From NCBI GenBank assembly GCA_030141605.1, contig JAQGDQ010000029.1:434001-498000 (forward strand): DNA of 64,000 nt. The letters are read 5' to 3'. The stretch is from Tubiluchus corallicola (taxonomy: Eukaryota > Animalia > Priapulida). Below the pieces are notes generated by a model. That model was not told where the DNA came from. It made no database searches and saw nothing but the letters and a program-made list of their open reading frames with translations. Below, piece after piece: positions 1-15,800 of this stretch. Within the stretch, counting starts at the first letter, position 1. Every line of letters starts with the position of its first letter. Position numbers and translations under genes: made by a program.

Positions 1-521
1 CCGCTGAATATGCTTAAATAATTATGGTAATTGACAGTAGGTGTTATAAAAACAAATGCTGTGGGTGTTGGCAAACATTTTTATTAGTATGAAAACTTCA
101 CAAAGGAATTTCTTCAGGAAGAAATGAAGAGCACAATTTTTTGTAATTCTTAGTCTAAATAAACTGATTTTGAGCAATTTTTTATTTACTTATTTTATTA
201 GTTCACTTATATAAAATTAGTATTCTTAAATAATTGCACATGTTTTTAAATAATTAGACATAGGAATTTTGATATTAATCCATGTCTAAAAGTCATTTAA
301 AGCGTTTGCACTGCATTCCAGGCTGAGTGATGACTCATACATGCGTCTGAGAATTGATTCAGTCGGTTAATTGAGTCAAAACACTTTCATCCCAAAGGGA
401 GTCTATTAAATGGCCCCTACTGTATACTGTAAATAAATGAATAAAATATAAATTGTAATGCCCCTGATGTCCTGCACTGTTTCTAAAGGATCCAGATTCA
501 CAAATGTGAGCATTGAGTTAC

Positions 522-618
522 CTCAAACTGTACAACCGATCCTCGGTCAATCTGTATATCTCTGGTGTACATTGCTCTTTGTCCGGCAAAGCTGTCAAAC
601 ACCAAGCCTCGGTGGTCA
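522..618 (-). CDS. RELN: Reelin exon 40 (repeat 5; last exon visible)
   Basis: DHRGLVFDSFAGQRAMYTRDIQIDRGSVVQFE; donor GTAAC. Confidence 0.88.
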
Positions 619-3600
619 CTGCAACATAATTAAGGCACAATCATCTCACAATATTCTCCTGAATCACCTAGAAGTGCATTTGCACACTGCAATCTCAAAC
701 ACAGCCAGTTTTATCATTCTAGAGTTACTTATGCATTTGTAATTTACAATTGTAATTTTGAAGCCTTGATTGCTAACATTTCTACAGTAAACACTCCAAA
801 ATTTACAAGATAATCACATTTACATGGTGCTCAAACTAAACATTGGCAGCAGCACATGGACAGCTACGATATCAAACTAAAAATCCTATGATATCACTGT
901 GAATTAACATGTATTTAACTTAAATTAATATCTATTTTTCATGATACAAACTTTCTTTAGTAACTTTAGTTGACCAATTTTAAGACATTTTTAGAAAATT
1001 CATGAGCGACAAATGAGGAATGAGAATGGTTTTAGTTTGTTTTACAGAGATCTGCATGCAGCTTACGAAAAACCATAATAAAAGAACAGAGTGGTAAGAA
1101 ATTTTGACAAGATGATTTCAAATTAGACTTATTTATCAATAGTTCCGGTTTGTCAATTTAAGCTTTGACAAAAATAAAAATTTGACAATATTATATGGGC
1201 AGTTTGTTTACAGCTTCAGTTTGTCTGCTACTTCCATGGCAATAAAGCTAGTCTAGATTAAAGAAAAACCAACAAACAAAAGTTAAAGCATACTTTGAAC
1301 AGAAATAGTCAGGCCGTCCACCAGGCCAGAACATAAACGCATTCTGCTGTGGAGCTTCGTCCAAAGTATCGTATATTACGTTCGGTGGAATGACATCACC
1401 ACCAATGATAACATTATCCAAAGCCCATACATCTTTACCACTACCTAGGAATAAAAAATATGTTTAGTGAGGAATGGGACAAAATGGAGAGTAACGAGAC
1501 ACGATCAAGATAAAAAATCAGCAATAAACCATCTTAAGGTATAATTAAATGAAAAGTACTGATAGTTACAGAAAAATAAATTTTACGCAATAAAGAGTTC
1601 AATAAAAATGAAACTATGATATGTGAATAGCTGAGGGTAAAAATAATTAATAAACAGATTAATAAAAGGATGAATGGATCAATAAAAAACAAATGAATAA
1701 TTGGACAGAAAGGCAAAAGAAAGTACAGCTGGAGAAACAGACAGCTGATCAAATGAAACAAGGAAGAGAGCCGTACACATCGAATTTCATATGATTTCAT
1801 ACAAATGTTTTTCTATGTCATGAGTTCTTGTTCACAAGTAATCTCAGCTGAGTATAAATGTTGAAAATAAAACTGGCACCCACAAGACCAGCAGCCAGTA
1901 CTGTAACTGAAATAACAATACCAGTAAAAATGCTTTTGCTGAAGTGCTCAGCTTACCTCCATGGCTTGGTTGCCAAAATCTTATTCTCGAAGCGTTTGTC
2001 TTAGCCTGATCAGGCAGTGGAAGATTATAAAATGCTGGTTGAGAATCACCACTATAAACAAATAAAATGATAAGATTTATTAATAAGTCTAAATAATATG
2101 AAACCTATTCGTACTATCTGTGCATTTCATAATAATCATAAATAATCTACATGGTTGGGGTTTATTAGCATAAATAAAAGGCATTTCTGGAATCATAAGG
2201 AGTGTTCTTGATCATATCATAATAGTCATGCAGTCAGAGTATCATCAGTGTACTTTCATTTACAATTTTACAGCTTCGAAAAATAGTACTAAAACTGCAA
2301 AAAAAGCGTCAAGTCTCAAAATATTCCAGTGAAACCAGAAAAGAAGTCAGCTATCAACTCTCAGTCCTGTAATGCAAGAGAATGACTGTCCATTTGTACA
2401 AAAACAATAAGTGTGACTCACCCGTGTCTAAGTTCTCTCAAAAGATGCCAAGTTATGCCGCCATTGTTAGTAAACTGTACTAGAACAGATCGTGGTATGC
2501 CAGACTCCTCCTTGCCACAAACATACTTGTACACAAATTGGAGATATCTGGTACTGGTCAAGTCAAAATCAATTGATTCTAGCATTCTCACCCCTGCCTG
2601 AAAATAATGCAGACACATGTTGTATGTTTCACCCCCTCCTCCAATCCTCTCTCTCTTTCTCTTTCATATACAATTTGATATCTAATAATGCAGCTTGGCA
2701 TATACATTTCAAAATCTTTTGTGTTTTCATACTTAAATATCAGCATCCTATATGTCTTGACAATAATTTTGAAATGTGTGTACATTTACTAGATAACACG
2801 CATGCATGCACACGGTCATGCACGCACGCGTCAAGTTCTGCATTTTTCAAGGTCTATATGCAAGACACATCCGCTTCCTTACAAAGAAAGCAAAACGGTT
2901 TTATCCACAAATAAAAAAAGATGGTTAGTTTCACTAGTTTTCATTGGCAGAAATAATACTACAGAGCCTGTTTTTTCAAATTACTAAACCAAAATCAATT
3001 TTATCTCAATAAGAACAGTTAGATAATTAATGAAAAAAACTATTAAACTAAAAATCTGTAACAATTTTAAACTAGATAATCAATGAACGCGACAAGATGA
3101 ATACTTTATGAAACACGAGTGAGCTTCCTCCGACCAAAGTGTCACACATTGGGCCAACTTCTGCACCATAAACCCTTTTCCAAATGGACATGTTTAGCCC
3201 TCTTTCAAATGTGTCTCGTCCACCGCATGGCAGTTGTGCTAGGGGCACACAGAATTGACCTCCAAAACCCTCATCACATCTACAACATTGTTACACTTAC
3301 AATGTAATGAACATTTACAATATTTATAACACGATCATATCTACATTCTACAATAAGCCTTTTCACAGTTTCGCTATGCACACGCGCTATTGCTGCAAGT
3401 CAAAGGTAACATGTACCACAGCAACGCGTCTTAACTACAACTGTTACGTGACATGTGGGTAAAGCAAAACCGTCTCCCACATCAGTTCATTAACATCAGT
3501 TGTTTTACATGGACTTCACTTAATTATGCATTAGGCTGAACAATGTAGAGTGATTTATTAGCAGTATTTTGCTTGGGAACAAAAAATAAACTAGGTAAGG

Positions 3601-3835
3601 TTCTAATTAACTCTTAAAACACGTTAAAACTATTACTATTACAAAAGCAATGGCTACGAGGCATTGTCAAGTGTACACAAATGTACTGTCAGTAGACTTA
3701 ACCTTTGACTTTTTTACGATCATCATCAATCACTGGTGCTGTGAAAAGGCTTATTAATACCATCATGCATGCATATTATTAATGCAGCTTAAGCCATCTA
3801 CATACATTTCCATTTGCAATAATACTAATAATAGC

Positions 3836-3878
<43 letters not shown>

Positions 3879-6800
3879 TTTATTGTTTGGCAACATTTGA
3901 CACTTTAGAGAGTTGTGACAAAGTATATGTGTACTTACATACAACGAGCCCTGTCACAGTATCCATGTCCTGAACACAGCCAAGGACACCCAGTACCAAC
4001 GTAAATGTTATCCAGAGCCCAGATTTCACCAGCTGGAATATCTCCTTCTGTCATCCACCGAAATCGTGTTGCCGGGGTGCTGAAATATGGATAAAACCTG
4101 CTAGTAAATGAAACAAAGAAATAAAGCAAATTTGAGAAAAGAAAAACAACACCTAAAAAGTGAAGTGAAAAACCAACCTGGAGTTGAACCAAAGACATTT
4201 AGAATTCCAGTGCTCTGTTCACTTCATATAAACCACCAAGTACATTACTTGACCGATAAAATATTAAATTTTTAATGTCCTGTTGCCTCAGCAATTTGAT
4301 TGGTTAACATTCAAAATGCTATTATAAACCATGTCTCGTCTCCTCAATCATTTTAAATACCAGCAGCATGCCTGTATTTTGCTCAAGCTAACCCACATGT
4401 AAATAATAACTCAACCTATTTTATTCAATTTTAGAAGCATTCTTTCAAACATCTCTACAATATACCCTTTGATATACAAGTACTGCTCAATTCATGCAAT
4501 AACTGACCCGCCCATAAACTAATTAATATATAGGTAGTCATCCAATACAACTTACTGTAGGTCATGTTTCCCTCTATTTTTAAGGAAATTAACTTTAAAT
4601 AACTATCTGTTTTGATAAATTTATCCGCAGGCACCGCCATACTTAATGCGCATACACAGACAACATCTTACATATAGGGTCACATTACAGGAATATATGG
4701 GTCTGACTTGTGTACAATTCGTTTTACGACCAATCAGCCAAACCCAACTGTGGTCGGAAGTCGACGACGACCTGTACTTGAAAGCCACAATAAAGGAAAC
4801 AATATACGCACCTCTACATCTGCTTTTTTGTTGTGAAATTCCACTTTGTGACAAAACAAATTATGAAAACCCCCCAGTAAAACTCCCAGACTTACACGGC
4901 TTTAGGAGGCAAATAAGCAAATATTCTAGTCCATGTGCTGTGTGTCTCAGCATTGTAGTGACTACTGCTATGATATCCGTTGCAACCAACATTAGGTGGA
5001 AGACATTCATCTTCAACAGCGTGCCACGATCGCCCACTGTCCACCGAATAATCTAAGCTGAATAAAACACAGCAATGTCAGAAAAACTCGAAAAAATCTA
5101 CCTAAATAAAACTAACAGAAGGCATTCTGCTACTTTCTACTTAGCATGCTTTGGGTCACTTAAGTGAACATGTTCCATATAAATGTTTGCCGTGATTTTC
5201 GTAACATAAACCAAAGGTATTCATTGTTGTCAATGTATTGTTCTTTTGTTATTATCGTTGTTTTGTTGTTGTTCTGTTCCTGCTGTTGTCGCTGTTGCTG
5301 CCATTGTTGTTCTTGTTGTTATCGTCATTGTCACTTTTGTTGTTGACGAAAGTTGTTGTTGTAGTTAGCGCCCTTACTCTTGTTGTTGCTGTCATTTTTA
5401 GTAACAATCACTGTCACTGTTGCTGTCACTGTTACTATCACTTACTTATTTATTTCATATGAACGACACGTTTTTACACAACACAAATAAAAAACTCTAG
5501 TATGAAAACTCACATGCAAAAAGGCTGAGAATATTTAAGGCAGCTCTACATAGATTACAACATGCATAGGGTAAGCTCAGTGACACGTATCTGTACTCTT
5601 TGAGAACGACTGCATCACTAAAACTATAGAAATAAATAATTAGCAACTTACATGTGCACTATGCGGACATGTAGGTCAAATATCTCTGAGCAGAGAAAAG
5701 AAACTACAGAAGGAAATTAATTTAAGGCATGCATCATTTCCACATCTTAAGACAACTTGTTGTGCACAATCTTAGTGCATTTACGGTAAACTAAAAAAAA
5801 GTTAACAGCAATAATGCAGTCACACACAAACTTCCCAATCCAAAAAATTATTGCAGAACTCTCCAGCACTCTTAAAAAGGGATGTCAATACCACTGGCTT
5901 GTGGTCTTTATAACAACTTGTGAAAATAATGGCTATGTTTTTGGAAATGTAAAATGGAAGTGTTTCTGAAGCAAAATAAACATGCTTTGTGGAAGCCCAA
6001 ATAAAAATACAATAACCATTTTCAATACTGCTATAATACAGATGCATGTGAAAAGTAAATCTAATTTATACCTGACAGAGAACGGATAAGTATAGCGCCC
6101 ACATCCAATCATTATGTCAAACTGAATGAAAGCCGATGGTAAAATATGAATATCCCACGTTTCTGCTAATTGATGCTCACCTTCAATATTCAACAATGTC
6201 AAGATACAACATCTGACAATAGCTGATACTTCAACCACATTTCTAAGCAATATTCCTTATCTATAAATTTGGGATCTACTATATCCCACAGGCAACTCAA
6301 AAATTCAAGAAACAAATGTTTTATTAAATATTGTCATTAAATTCAAGATAAATAACGTTTAATATTATCACCAATATTAACAAATTAAAGGGGCTGTATT
6401 TTAAAATTAACAATAACAAGTAATTATATTTTACATTGTTGAAAGTGATTAAAAGCACCTTATGAAGGGAAAATTATTGATACCTTTCCTAGTGCGAAAT
6501 TCCAGTGCATTATTAGGCGCAAGACACGTCAACTTTCGATGTCCCTCCCCAGTTTTGAACCAACCATTTGACTGCTCAAGTTCAAAATCGTCCTGAAAGT
6601 TTGACTGTCGGCGTTCATCGCTGAGCTTGATACTATCCACTGCCCAAGGTGCTCGATGTTCTAAGAGAAAAGGAAAGTGCATTCATACAGATAAACTTAA
6701 AAACCACGAAAAAGAAAAGGTAGAATGAATAATAAAGTCATTAAAAAACTTTACGCACAGCACAGAACAAAACAGTGATATTTTCATGATCAGTGAGCCA

Positions 6801-9800
6801 CTGTTCAGTATAGCAGCTAAGCCCCTCTAGAAGTGCTTTAGATATTTCCTTTTCCTTTCAGTAAATCAATCAAGATGACGAAACAACACCATGAACAGAA
6901 ATGATTACACAGCACCACAAAACTCACATCACCAACTTTTTTAACAAAGTCCATGATGTGAGTTGTACACAGATAAGGTAAATTTAAACTAGAAGTTTTC
7001 ACTAATTTTACAACCTTGGCATCCAGGTTGCCACCATCTCAATTTTGTTGTTGGAGACTGACAAGTTTCTGGAATGACCAGCTTGACAAATTCCGGCTGC
7101 AGTGTGAATGACTTATAATGCAGCTCTTTCACAGTTAGCCAGGACAAGCCATTGTTCATGGAACATTGAAGCAAGACATTCTCACTCCTGCTGTAAGCTG
7201 ACCGACATGTGCTGAGGTGGTCACTTCCAAGCCGAAATGCAAATTGTAGGTTTCTGTAATAAAGCTGTAAAATTAGTCTGGAGTCTTCCTGCAGTTATTC
7301 CTCAATACTTAAATAAAAGGTTATAATATAAGTAGTTTTAAATACACATACTACAAGAAAAACTAAATCGGAAAATCAGTGACAAAACCAAAAATCAGTT
7401 GATAAAATCATCAAGAATGGTTTAAGACTGTTTTAATAATGGAATTCTGCTTGCCTGCTTAATGTCTATAGCAGGCAACAAATATTCAATGAAGATGTCT
7501 GTTATTTTGCTTTGTACTTATGATGTACAAGAAACAAAACGTTAACTGTCATTGAAAGCTGCTCTTATTAAAAAAACTGATCTATTGTGGTGATGCGTTT
7601 AACAGACGCTATAAAATATGCTTTCATGTAAGCATGTAGCATCTTACAATATAATGAAATTTAAAGCAAATCACGGTATTTCCTCCTCAATAAAACCAAA
7701 AAATTTTAAACGACTGGGACTTGGCAGCTGTCTAGTGGCTCATAAAAACCACCACTGTAGTCTTACCTACTAACAGTTGTGTCTAATTCAATAGTTTCTA
7801 GAACTCTAGGTCCATGTAAACCAAACCAAAGTGAATCTCTGTCAACCAGAGTACCACATTTCACACCAAGTTCTGCTCCGATAACTTTCTCCCACATGTT
7901 ACTGTAGCCATCCTGTTGATCAAAATCATCCACCATATTAGATGGACGTAGATCATTGAAATCTGCACAAGAATTTCCTAGAACAAAGTCACTACATTTA
8001 TAATGTGAAGTATTAATCAGTAAACAGTCTAAATAAGAAAATTACATAGTAAAGCAAAATTCTTTTATTGTCTGTGCGAAAACTTCTGCATCAAAGTCAG
8101 TTTTCCAACTTTCTTATATGAGTTGCAGAAGAACTAGAAAAACAAATGTAAGCATTCCTACAAAGCTGGATTGCAAACTATTAGCTAAGGACTAAAGTGC
8201 CATTGCTTCACAAAGTAATTACTACTATTTAACAGTAAATTAGAGATAATCAAATTAATTCCACTGTGATAATTTATAAACAAAAATTTATCTTTACTAA
8301 AAATATTATAGTTAATTTTGACATCAGAACATGACGTTCCCCAATCCAGGAATTAATAAAAAGCTAGAAAAAACCTGGAATTTTTGTCAGTCTGATGATT
8401 CTAATCCTTGATGACAGTCCCATGTTCCAAGTAAAAATGAAATTCCCACACAGTGTACCATTTATCACTCTAGTCCAATTCCTCAAATACAAACCCAATC
8501 GTAAATGTGAATTTAAACATACCTTGAAAAAAACATTAAAAATTAATCATAATATAGAAATAAAAGAGTAAAAAGTACCTGCAAAGCCTGCATTGCATAC
8601 GCATCCTCTGCGGGTACATAAACCATGGCCAGAACAATGATCCTCACATGAATGTCCAATATAAACATCTGACAAAGCAAAACTTGGCACTGCGCCAAAG
8701 CCTTCTTGATGCCAACGAAATTGCACCTTTCTAAAGCCATAAACAATTAATGAAGTTGATATCTTGTCTAAAAACAATCAGCACTTTTTCTTTTGCAGTT
8801 CATACAGGAACCAGTTGGTAGATTGGAACAAAACTTTTATACGATAAATGTTGTCATAATGTAACTCTAAGTTCGGCAAGGAAATTTTATTCTTCCAGAA
8901 ATTCGGTCAAGAGATTCGAAATAAGATGATGATTTCTAGCACAAAAGATAAAAAACATTGGTAATTGTAGTCAAAAACTTTAACAATATTTTGAAAAAAG
9001 ATATATGTGTGCTGGCATAGCAAAATCGTCCAGAGTCGGCAATTAAGGTTTTCCAGATATTCAAATATCCTGAATCTGCATTTCATGAGGATCATTTTGA
9101 TGCCAAGCTCGTCGCTCTGAGTTATTTCTAAGCTGAGATAATCAACGTTGAAGTTGAAGTGCAGACTGCACACTGAAAAACACAACCTTGAGAAAATCAC
9201 TGTTAAAGTTAGCTATTGTTTTTTTGTCGCATTTCTTCAAAACACTTAGCAACCGTACAAATGTTGGTTGCTACTGAATTTGGAAGAGCGCTTTGAATTT
9301 AGAAGATGGCTCTTCTTGACGAAGATCTGGGCTTGGCAACAGAAAAAAACCTGAAGCAAAATGACCACTTCCATGAGCTACTATTGGTGTTTGAAAATAG
9401 AAGTTTTTTACAATTGGAGTACTAGTTTTTAGACAGAAAAGTGGGTAAGAAGCTATATAATTAAATTTTTAGTGGGTTTTGAACACTTTTTTGATAATTT
9501 GATGCTAGAATATAAAAGTCGAATATATTAGCAATTGGTTTTTACAAAATATGAAAAATTGACATTTGATCAAATTTTTAGGTCATTCTACTTTGAAGCA
9601 TCATAACATAGTTTTAACTGCTCCGACTTATGGACGGTTTTGGTATGCAAGCATACATATTATAATACATACACATTAGTGACAGTATCTGGTACTGGAA
9701 TCACTACTAATCTCCAACCACTGACAGAACCTGGATAATAGACAGATTTATCATGCACAGAATTAGTACAACCTCTGGCCGGAATGCAGGTATCTAAAAC

Positions 9801-12800
9801 ATTCAGCCATGTGGCACCATCGTCAACAGAATACTGAAGCTTCACAGGTGATTCACATGATTCTTGCAAACCAGACTGACAACCAACAGATATCTAAAAT
9901 AATAGTAAAATGACAATAGTCTGTAAAAACATTCAAAAATTTTAAAAGCAAAATGAAACACTATTTGTTTAAACATAATTATCCTCAAACAAGACCAGCA
10001 GTCACTCAATGCTAGGAAGTAATCATTTTCAGAAATACACAATTAATATAACTGATTTGCTAATCATAGAAAGTAAACGTGAGGGAGGTTTCTATTAAAG
10101 CAAATGTAGTAGTAGTTCACAAGGAAACACACTCCACAGAGGCCTGAAGGTGTAAATGAATTTATAAGCAGCTATTCTGCATCTAGAGATGTTGAGGGTA
10201 AAAATATGAGAAGCACAACAATAAAACACCTACTCGAAATAAACAGATATTTACAAACCAACGGCCTGAGATTTAAGAAAACAGAATCAAATGCTCAGAT
10301 GCAGAAATTAGTGAAACTACAGAATGATAAATTTAATGATAGATTTAAACAGATAGACTAGAATGATAAACAAAGACTGGCAGGTATATTAAGCTATCGT
10401 TTATCTGCATTACTGTAATATTTCTCTCTTTCATTTATTCACCTTAAACTGTATAACGTCTCCTGGTTGCAGCCTCATGTCCTTGGTGACAATAAACCTG
10501 TGTTTCTGATGCCCTGATAAAACCAAAACTTTACCATCACTGCTGCAATACTCAGCTGTCTGGTGCTTGGAAAGTGACAGCCAGCCACTGCTTGGCTCTT
10601 TTGACTAAATAAAAACAATCACTTACTTAGTAACTGCTTATCATAAAGTGCAAATTTTAAGAAAACGAACCAATTATGAAATCGACAATGTCTTTCAAAG
10701 CTCTCTGTAAGCAAATTCTGTCCAGTAGCAATTCACACGATATAGATGATTTCTGTGCATCAGTGTGAGGTTAGGGTTATTTATACACTAAATGGAAATA
10801 GCTAAATTACGAATACATACTAGATACTATGAACAATAAGCCAAGAAAGCTCAGTTAACTGACACAGGTGAAAATTTGAAGTACTCAGCAAATTACAATT
10901 ACAGGAGAAAAAATACCTGACTACAAAAGACAGAAGCTATTTGAAAAACACACACAAATCCACAAAACACACACACGCAAGCAAATGAGGAAAAAGCAAT
11001 GACATACACGTAATGAGTCTTCCAGTTGACGCAGTGTACCACCATTTTGCATGGAAAGAGAATCCATGGCCCACTGATCTGATCCTTTGCCGTCGTGAGC
11101 TGGCTGCCACCAGCGAAACATTGTCATCTGTGAGCGTGCATCGGCCGGCAATGACACTCGAACAAACCTGCATACAAACGCAATTTATTAAAAGTAACCA
11201 TATAAGAAAGTACGACAATATAGATGCAACCATAGAAAGATGCTAAGAAGGCATGTCACAACACAACACCTGGAACATTAAACACGTCTTGCGCAATCAA
11301 AGGTAAAACTTGCCAAAATAAATAAACAAATTTAGTGTGAAACCAGTTCAGGTGCCATGAAAGCAGGTTTCTGTAAAATCAAGACTTGCTGCTACTAATC
11401 TTCAGTAACTAGAAGCATTATGGCTGGTCATAAAATGTTTGTCCACCCAAGTGTGGTACTTTGTACAAAACCAAGGTAGGTCACACAGGCTATGCATCAA
11501 AAGCCTGCGTTTTTGCATATATTTGACTTATAAAGATGCAAAACCGATTCTGACGCAAAATACGTAACTGATGAATGACATAAGCTGCCATTTAGAATGA
11601 TGCAGCTACAATTTGTGACCAAACCTACAGTAACAAGTACGTATGATACAATCATACACAAGTAAAAATGAAAACAAAACCAAGAGTCATTTAGTCAAAA
11701 AAATATGGTCATTAGAAAAGACAAGCTGTTTATGGCCTAAATCTTCTTAGCCCTTGCATACTGACAATGAAACGTAGAAACATTTTATCATCCAATTTTT
11801 TATTAAATTATCATTTTGCTGTAAAGCCATAATCTTCTGCAATAACAGGCATTTTTTTAACTTCTAGCAATTAACTGATTGATTGGAGCACTAATTAATA
11901 CACAATTTAGGTGCATTTTCATTTACGTCAAATTTCTCCATTGCTTGACATTTTAAAAAAATTGTAGTCAAGCACAAATACACTATCTATACAGATATTT
12001 ATATATACTATGATTTATCCAGAATTTTGATACTTAATGTTGCCATTGAAAAACAAGAATTGTGCTAGGCCTAAAAACTTTATGTTATGATCTCAAAGTA
12101 TACAAACTCTGCATCTCTGTATGCATCTGGCGGTAACTCTTTTAGTAACTTCCAGGTGGCACCCATGTCTGTTGTATACTGCAGAAGTATGGCTTCATTA
12201 CGTCCAGTAGCATTGTTGCAAAGTCTATCATCCCCGCCACCAATTTTCAAGTAGAATTGGAGATAAGTAGTTTTGCTTGTGTCAAAATCAGCAGTGGTCA
12301 GCTGTCGTACTCCACTCTACAAAAACAGCAACTAAAGTAAGTAACGTGTTAATCAAAAATATTAATTCTAATTAATTAATTAATTACAGTTTCAGTAAAA
12401 ACAATTATTGATCACATATTTTATAAATGCTTTATAATGTTTCAATCAGCAATCCAAAAAATTTCCGACGAATGCAGTCAATGGAAAAAATCTTTTCCGA
12501 TAATATACTGTACGAGTTCAGAAGCAAATACATAAATTACTATTTTGTAAGATAAAACTAATTAGTTCTAATGGTATCTCCAGTATGTTGTCCAAAGAAT
12601 TTGCATGTGTTGCTTTGGAGTTAACGGATAAGTGAGAATCTTACATAAATATAAAATATTGCATTATGTTTGAACTATTGAATTTGGGTCATGGAGTTCC
12701 AAAATGAAACACCACCAGTCTTTTGTCCAGGCATCTAAAGAAATTTTGAATCAAATTTGTTGGGACTTTTTTCTAAGTCTGCAATTAACCAGCAGCCAGA

Positions 12801-15800
12801 CAATTAACATCATTATATGCAATGATATCAGAATGACGAGAGACAATATAATTCCAAGTGAAGAAATAATAAATAAATTTTAGTTAGTAAGCTACAAAGG
12901 GAAAACAATCTCGGTATTACACAATGGCATATCTATTCTCTAGACATATGCTTAAGCCGTTAGGGTTATAAATAAATTTCGAAAAAAAACGGAACACTAT
13001 ACATAATAGTTAATAATAAAACTATAAATAATAATTTTTTATAAAACTGTATTGATCGTAAGAACTGTAAATAATACCTTATAAAAGTACAAAGTGCCAC
13101 CTGAGGTGAGAACTCCGCAACTCCTTTCTCCATCAATACGTTCACCACCAGTCAAATCTAGACTGTTATCGGGTAATTGTGTCACAACTGGCTCATCCCC
13201 AACAAACTGAAATTTTATAAAACAACAGTCAGAAAACACAAATGGAGCTTTTCATTTGAGTATATGTAGACAGGAATAAAGTGAGTGAACATAGTGCGGG
13301 TTTTATGACCAAAGTTAAGCAACTTTAAACCAGGTGAGTAGCAGGATAATACATTTAAGCAAAATTGAACCTTTTCCTATAACACAAAAAGTAAGCAGGT
13401 ACCATGTAAAACTAAATGAAATAATTACATTGAACACCACTTGTTTTCCAAGTGTTTCAATGTAACAGGTAAATGTTACATGTATGTTACATATACACAA
13501 AGACAGGTAAAAGCCAAGGGGCAACTACTCCCATTAGTAACTCAACTTTTGTACTATAAACCTGGAATAGAGGTTATGCATAAATTTGTAGATTGATAAT
13601 GCTTTTAAGAAAAATCTAATCTTTTTCCTATAACACAAAAGGTAAGTAGGTACCATGTAAAACTAAATGAAATAATCACGTTGAACACCACTTGTTTTTC
13701 AAGTGTTCCAATGTTACAAGTGAATGTTACATGTATGTTACATATATACAAAGACAGGTAAAAGCCAATGTGCCAACTACTCCCATTAGTAACTCAACTT
13801 TTGTACTATAAACCTTGAATGAAGGTTATGCATAAATTTGTACGATATCTTATCCAGGCTTACAGAATTCTAGATAAATTCCGTTATTTGAATTACTTGT
13901 CTTTCTAGCACCACCCCAGTTTCACAGTGTTCAAATTGTAACTCAGATCATGGGTACCTGATTTTCTGATTCAACTGGTCTTTCCGGTGGCACCTCAGTA
14001 GTAAACGCATCAAAATAACTAATTATGTTTGACAAAATTGATTTAGGTGGAGGTGGAGCCACCGGGGGTGGAATCACAGGCACCTCAGCTGGTTTAAAAT
14101 TGGATGGCTTCCTAGCATCAGTCGAAACAGGGAGACATGATTCACCTTGATATCCTTTGTCACAACTGAAAGCATCATCATTAAAATTAGTGCACAAATA
14201 ATTTGTAGAAACACTGTACAACAAAATGAAAATGCAGCCAAAGTGAGTTAATAAAAATAAATTACATAAATATAAGATAAAAGAAATACTAAAATGCAGA
14301 TGAAATGAAACAGCCAGCATATTCTTCTAAATACGTTAAATCTATATTGGACTGTCTCTTATACTGCACTATTTTTGTCATATTATGAAAGTGAAATCAT
14401 AAAATAAAACTACAAAGTCAAGAAAGCTTATCTGCAATGAAACATGCACAAAGTAGAAGCATGACAATGCAACAGAACAATTAGAATTCTTTGTGTAAAA
14501 TTGAATCGAATAATAAAAGACCAGTTGCTGACCAGCCCTGTTCCAAATGGCAGATGATGATGAGTCAAAAATGTTATTTTTATAATACTTAGAAGGAATA
14601 GCTGAGTGATCTCGTCCATGCGCTTTGCAAATAAATTAAGCAATTCTGAAGCTGGTCAGTGACTTGATAAGGGATCACCTTAAAATCTTGCTCTGGGCAG
14701 TTTCATTCATTATATTGAACATGACTGTTTATTTCACTGAGGAAGAATGTATAATACATATCCAAATGTTGCTAAGATACCTCGGCTGATTTATTGGCTC
14801 ATCTTAGATTCTGGTCTCACCACAAACATTAACGTCAAGTAAGCCCTGCCACTGAATGCTTGATTTCGGCTTGCAATGAGTAGCACTAATACAGATATAT
14901 CATGTAGCGCATTTATCTAACTTACACATCAACTATCAACAAGCAAAAGTTGTGCAACTCGAAATTACCTTCAAACATTCAAGTACAAACTATTAATGAA
15001 TGCTTTTTCTTTAGCTGACATGAAGAACAAAAGATGTTATTAAAAATTTTCTTACATGCAGCTAGCATCAACACAGCGACCATGACCCATGCATAACCCA
15101 GGACAAGCTGGACCAATGTAAAGATGTCTGATGGCCCACTCATCCCCAGGACAGTGCCTAACTTGATGAAAACGAAAACTGGTTCCACTTGACCTAAAAG
15201 CGTAAAATGTCAAAGCAGAACTCAAGAATTACATCATCAAATGAGTACAATAGCGAGAAAAAACAAATAACAATAAAATATGGTGTCTTAATTATTTAAT
15301 TCTCTGAATCTCAAAAAGACAGTGGCCACTGTTTATGCAACACACTGTGCAGCGAAATTGGTGGGCAAGAGAGATCAATCCTTGAAATAGAGGTAATTAA
15401 GTAACATTAGACATTCAGAAGCAAATTTTAAATAATATTGTAATAATAATATCTATTTCTTTCAGCAGCACTACCAATGCACTTCAGTATTGTGTACAGA
15501 GATACATAAAATAACATTTACAAACACAAAAAAATAAAATTTAAAACATATTAAGTCACAAAATGCACTGAATTCATAACGCAGCACAGGTACCTTAAAA
15601 CAAAAACACACTGAACATAAGTGTTTGCTCACTATATGAACTACTTAACAGACAGATTACTGTAGTTTTCAAATTACTAACAAAGTATCTGACATATAGA
15701 CAGAAACAATGACTGTTGAAACACGATTTTTATCAGAGAAGAAAAAGAGAGACTTCTACCTCATATTGCATACAGAACACTTAAAAATCGAAGAGTTTCA

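Noticed and set aside
322-385. Hammerhead-like TGATGA-CTCA...TGAG-TCAAAAC
   Set aside because: Both core motifs are mutated (no CTGA, no GAAA).
5164-5462. Cys-rich / Leu-rich small ORFs
   Set aside because: Translations of degenerate GTT/GCT microsatellite.
9027-9637. Possible MITE with weak terminal inverted similarity
   Set aside because: Match is short and imperfect, with no clear TSD.
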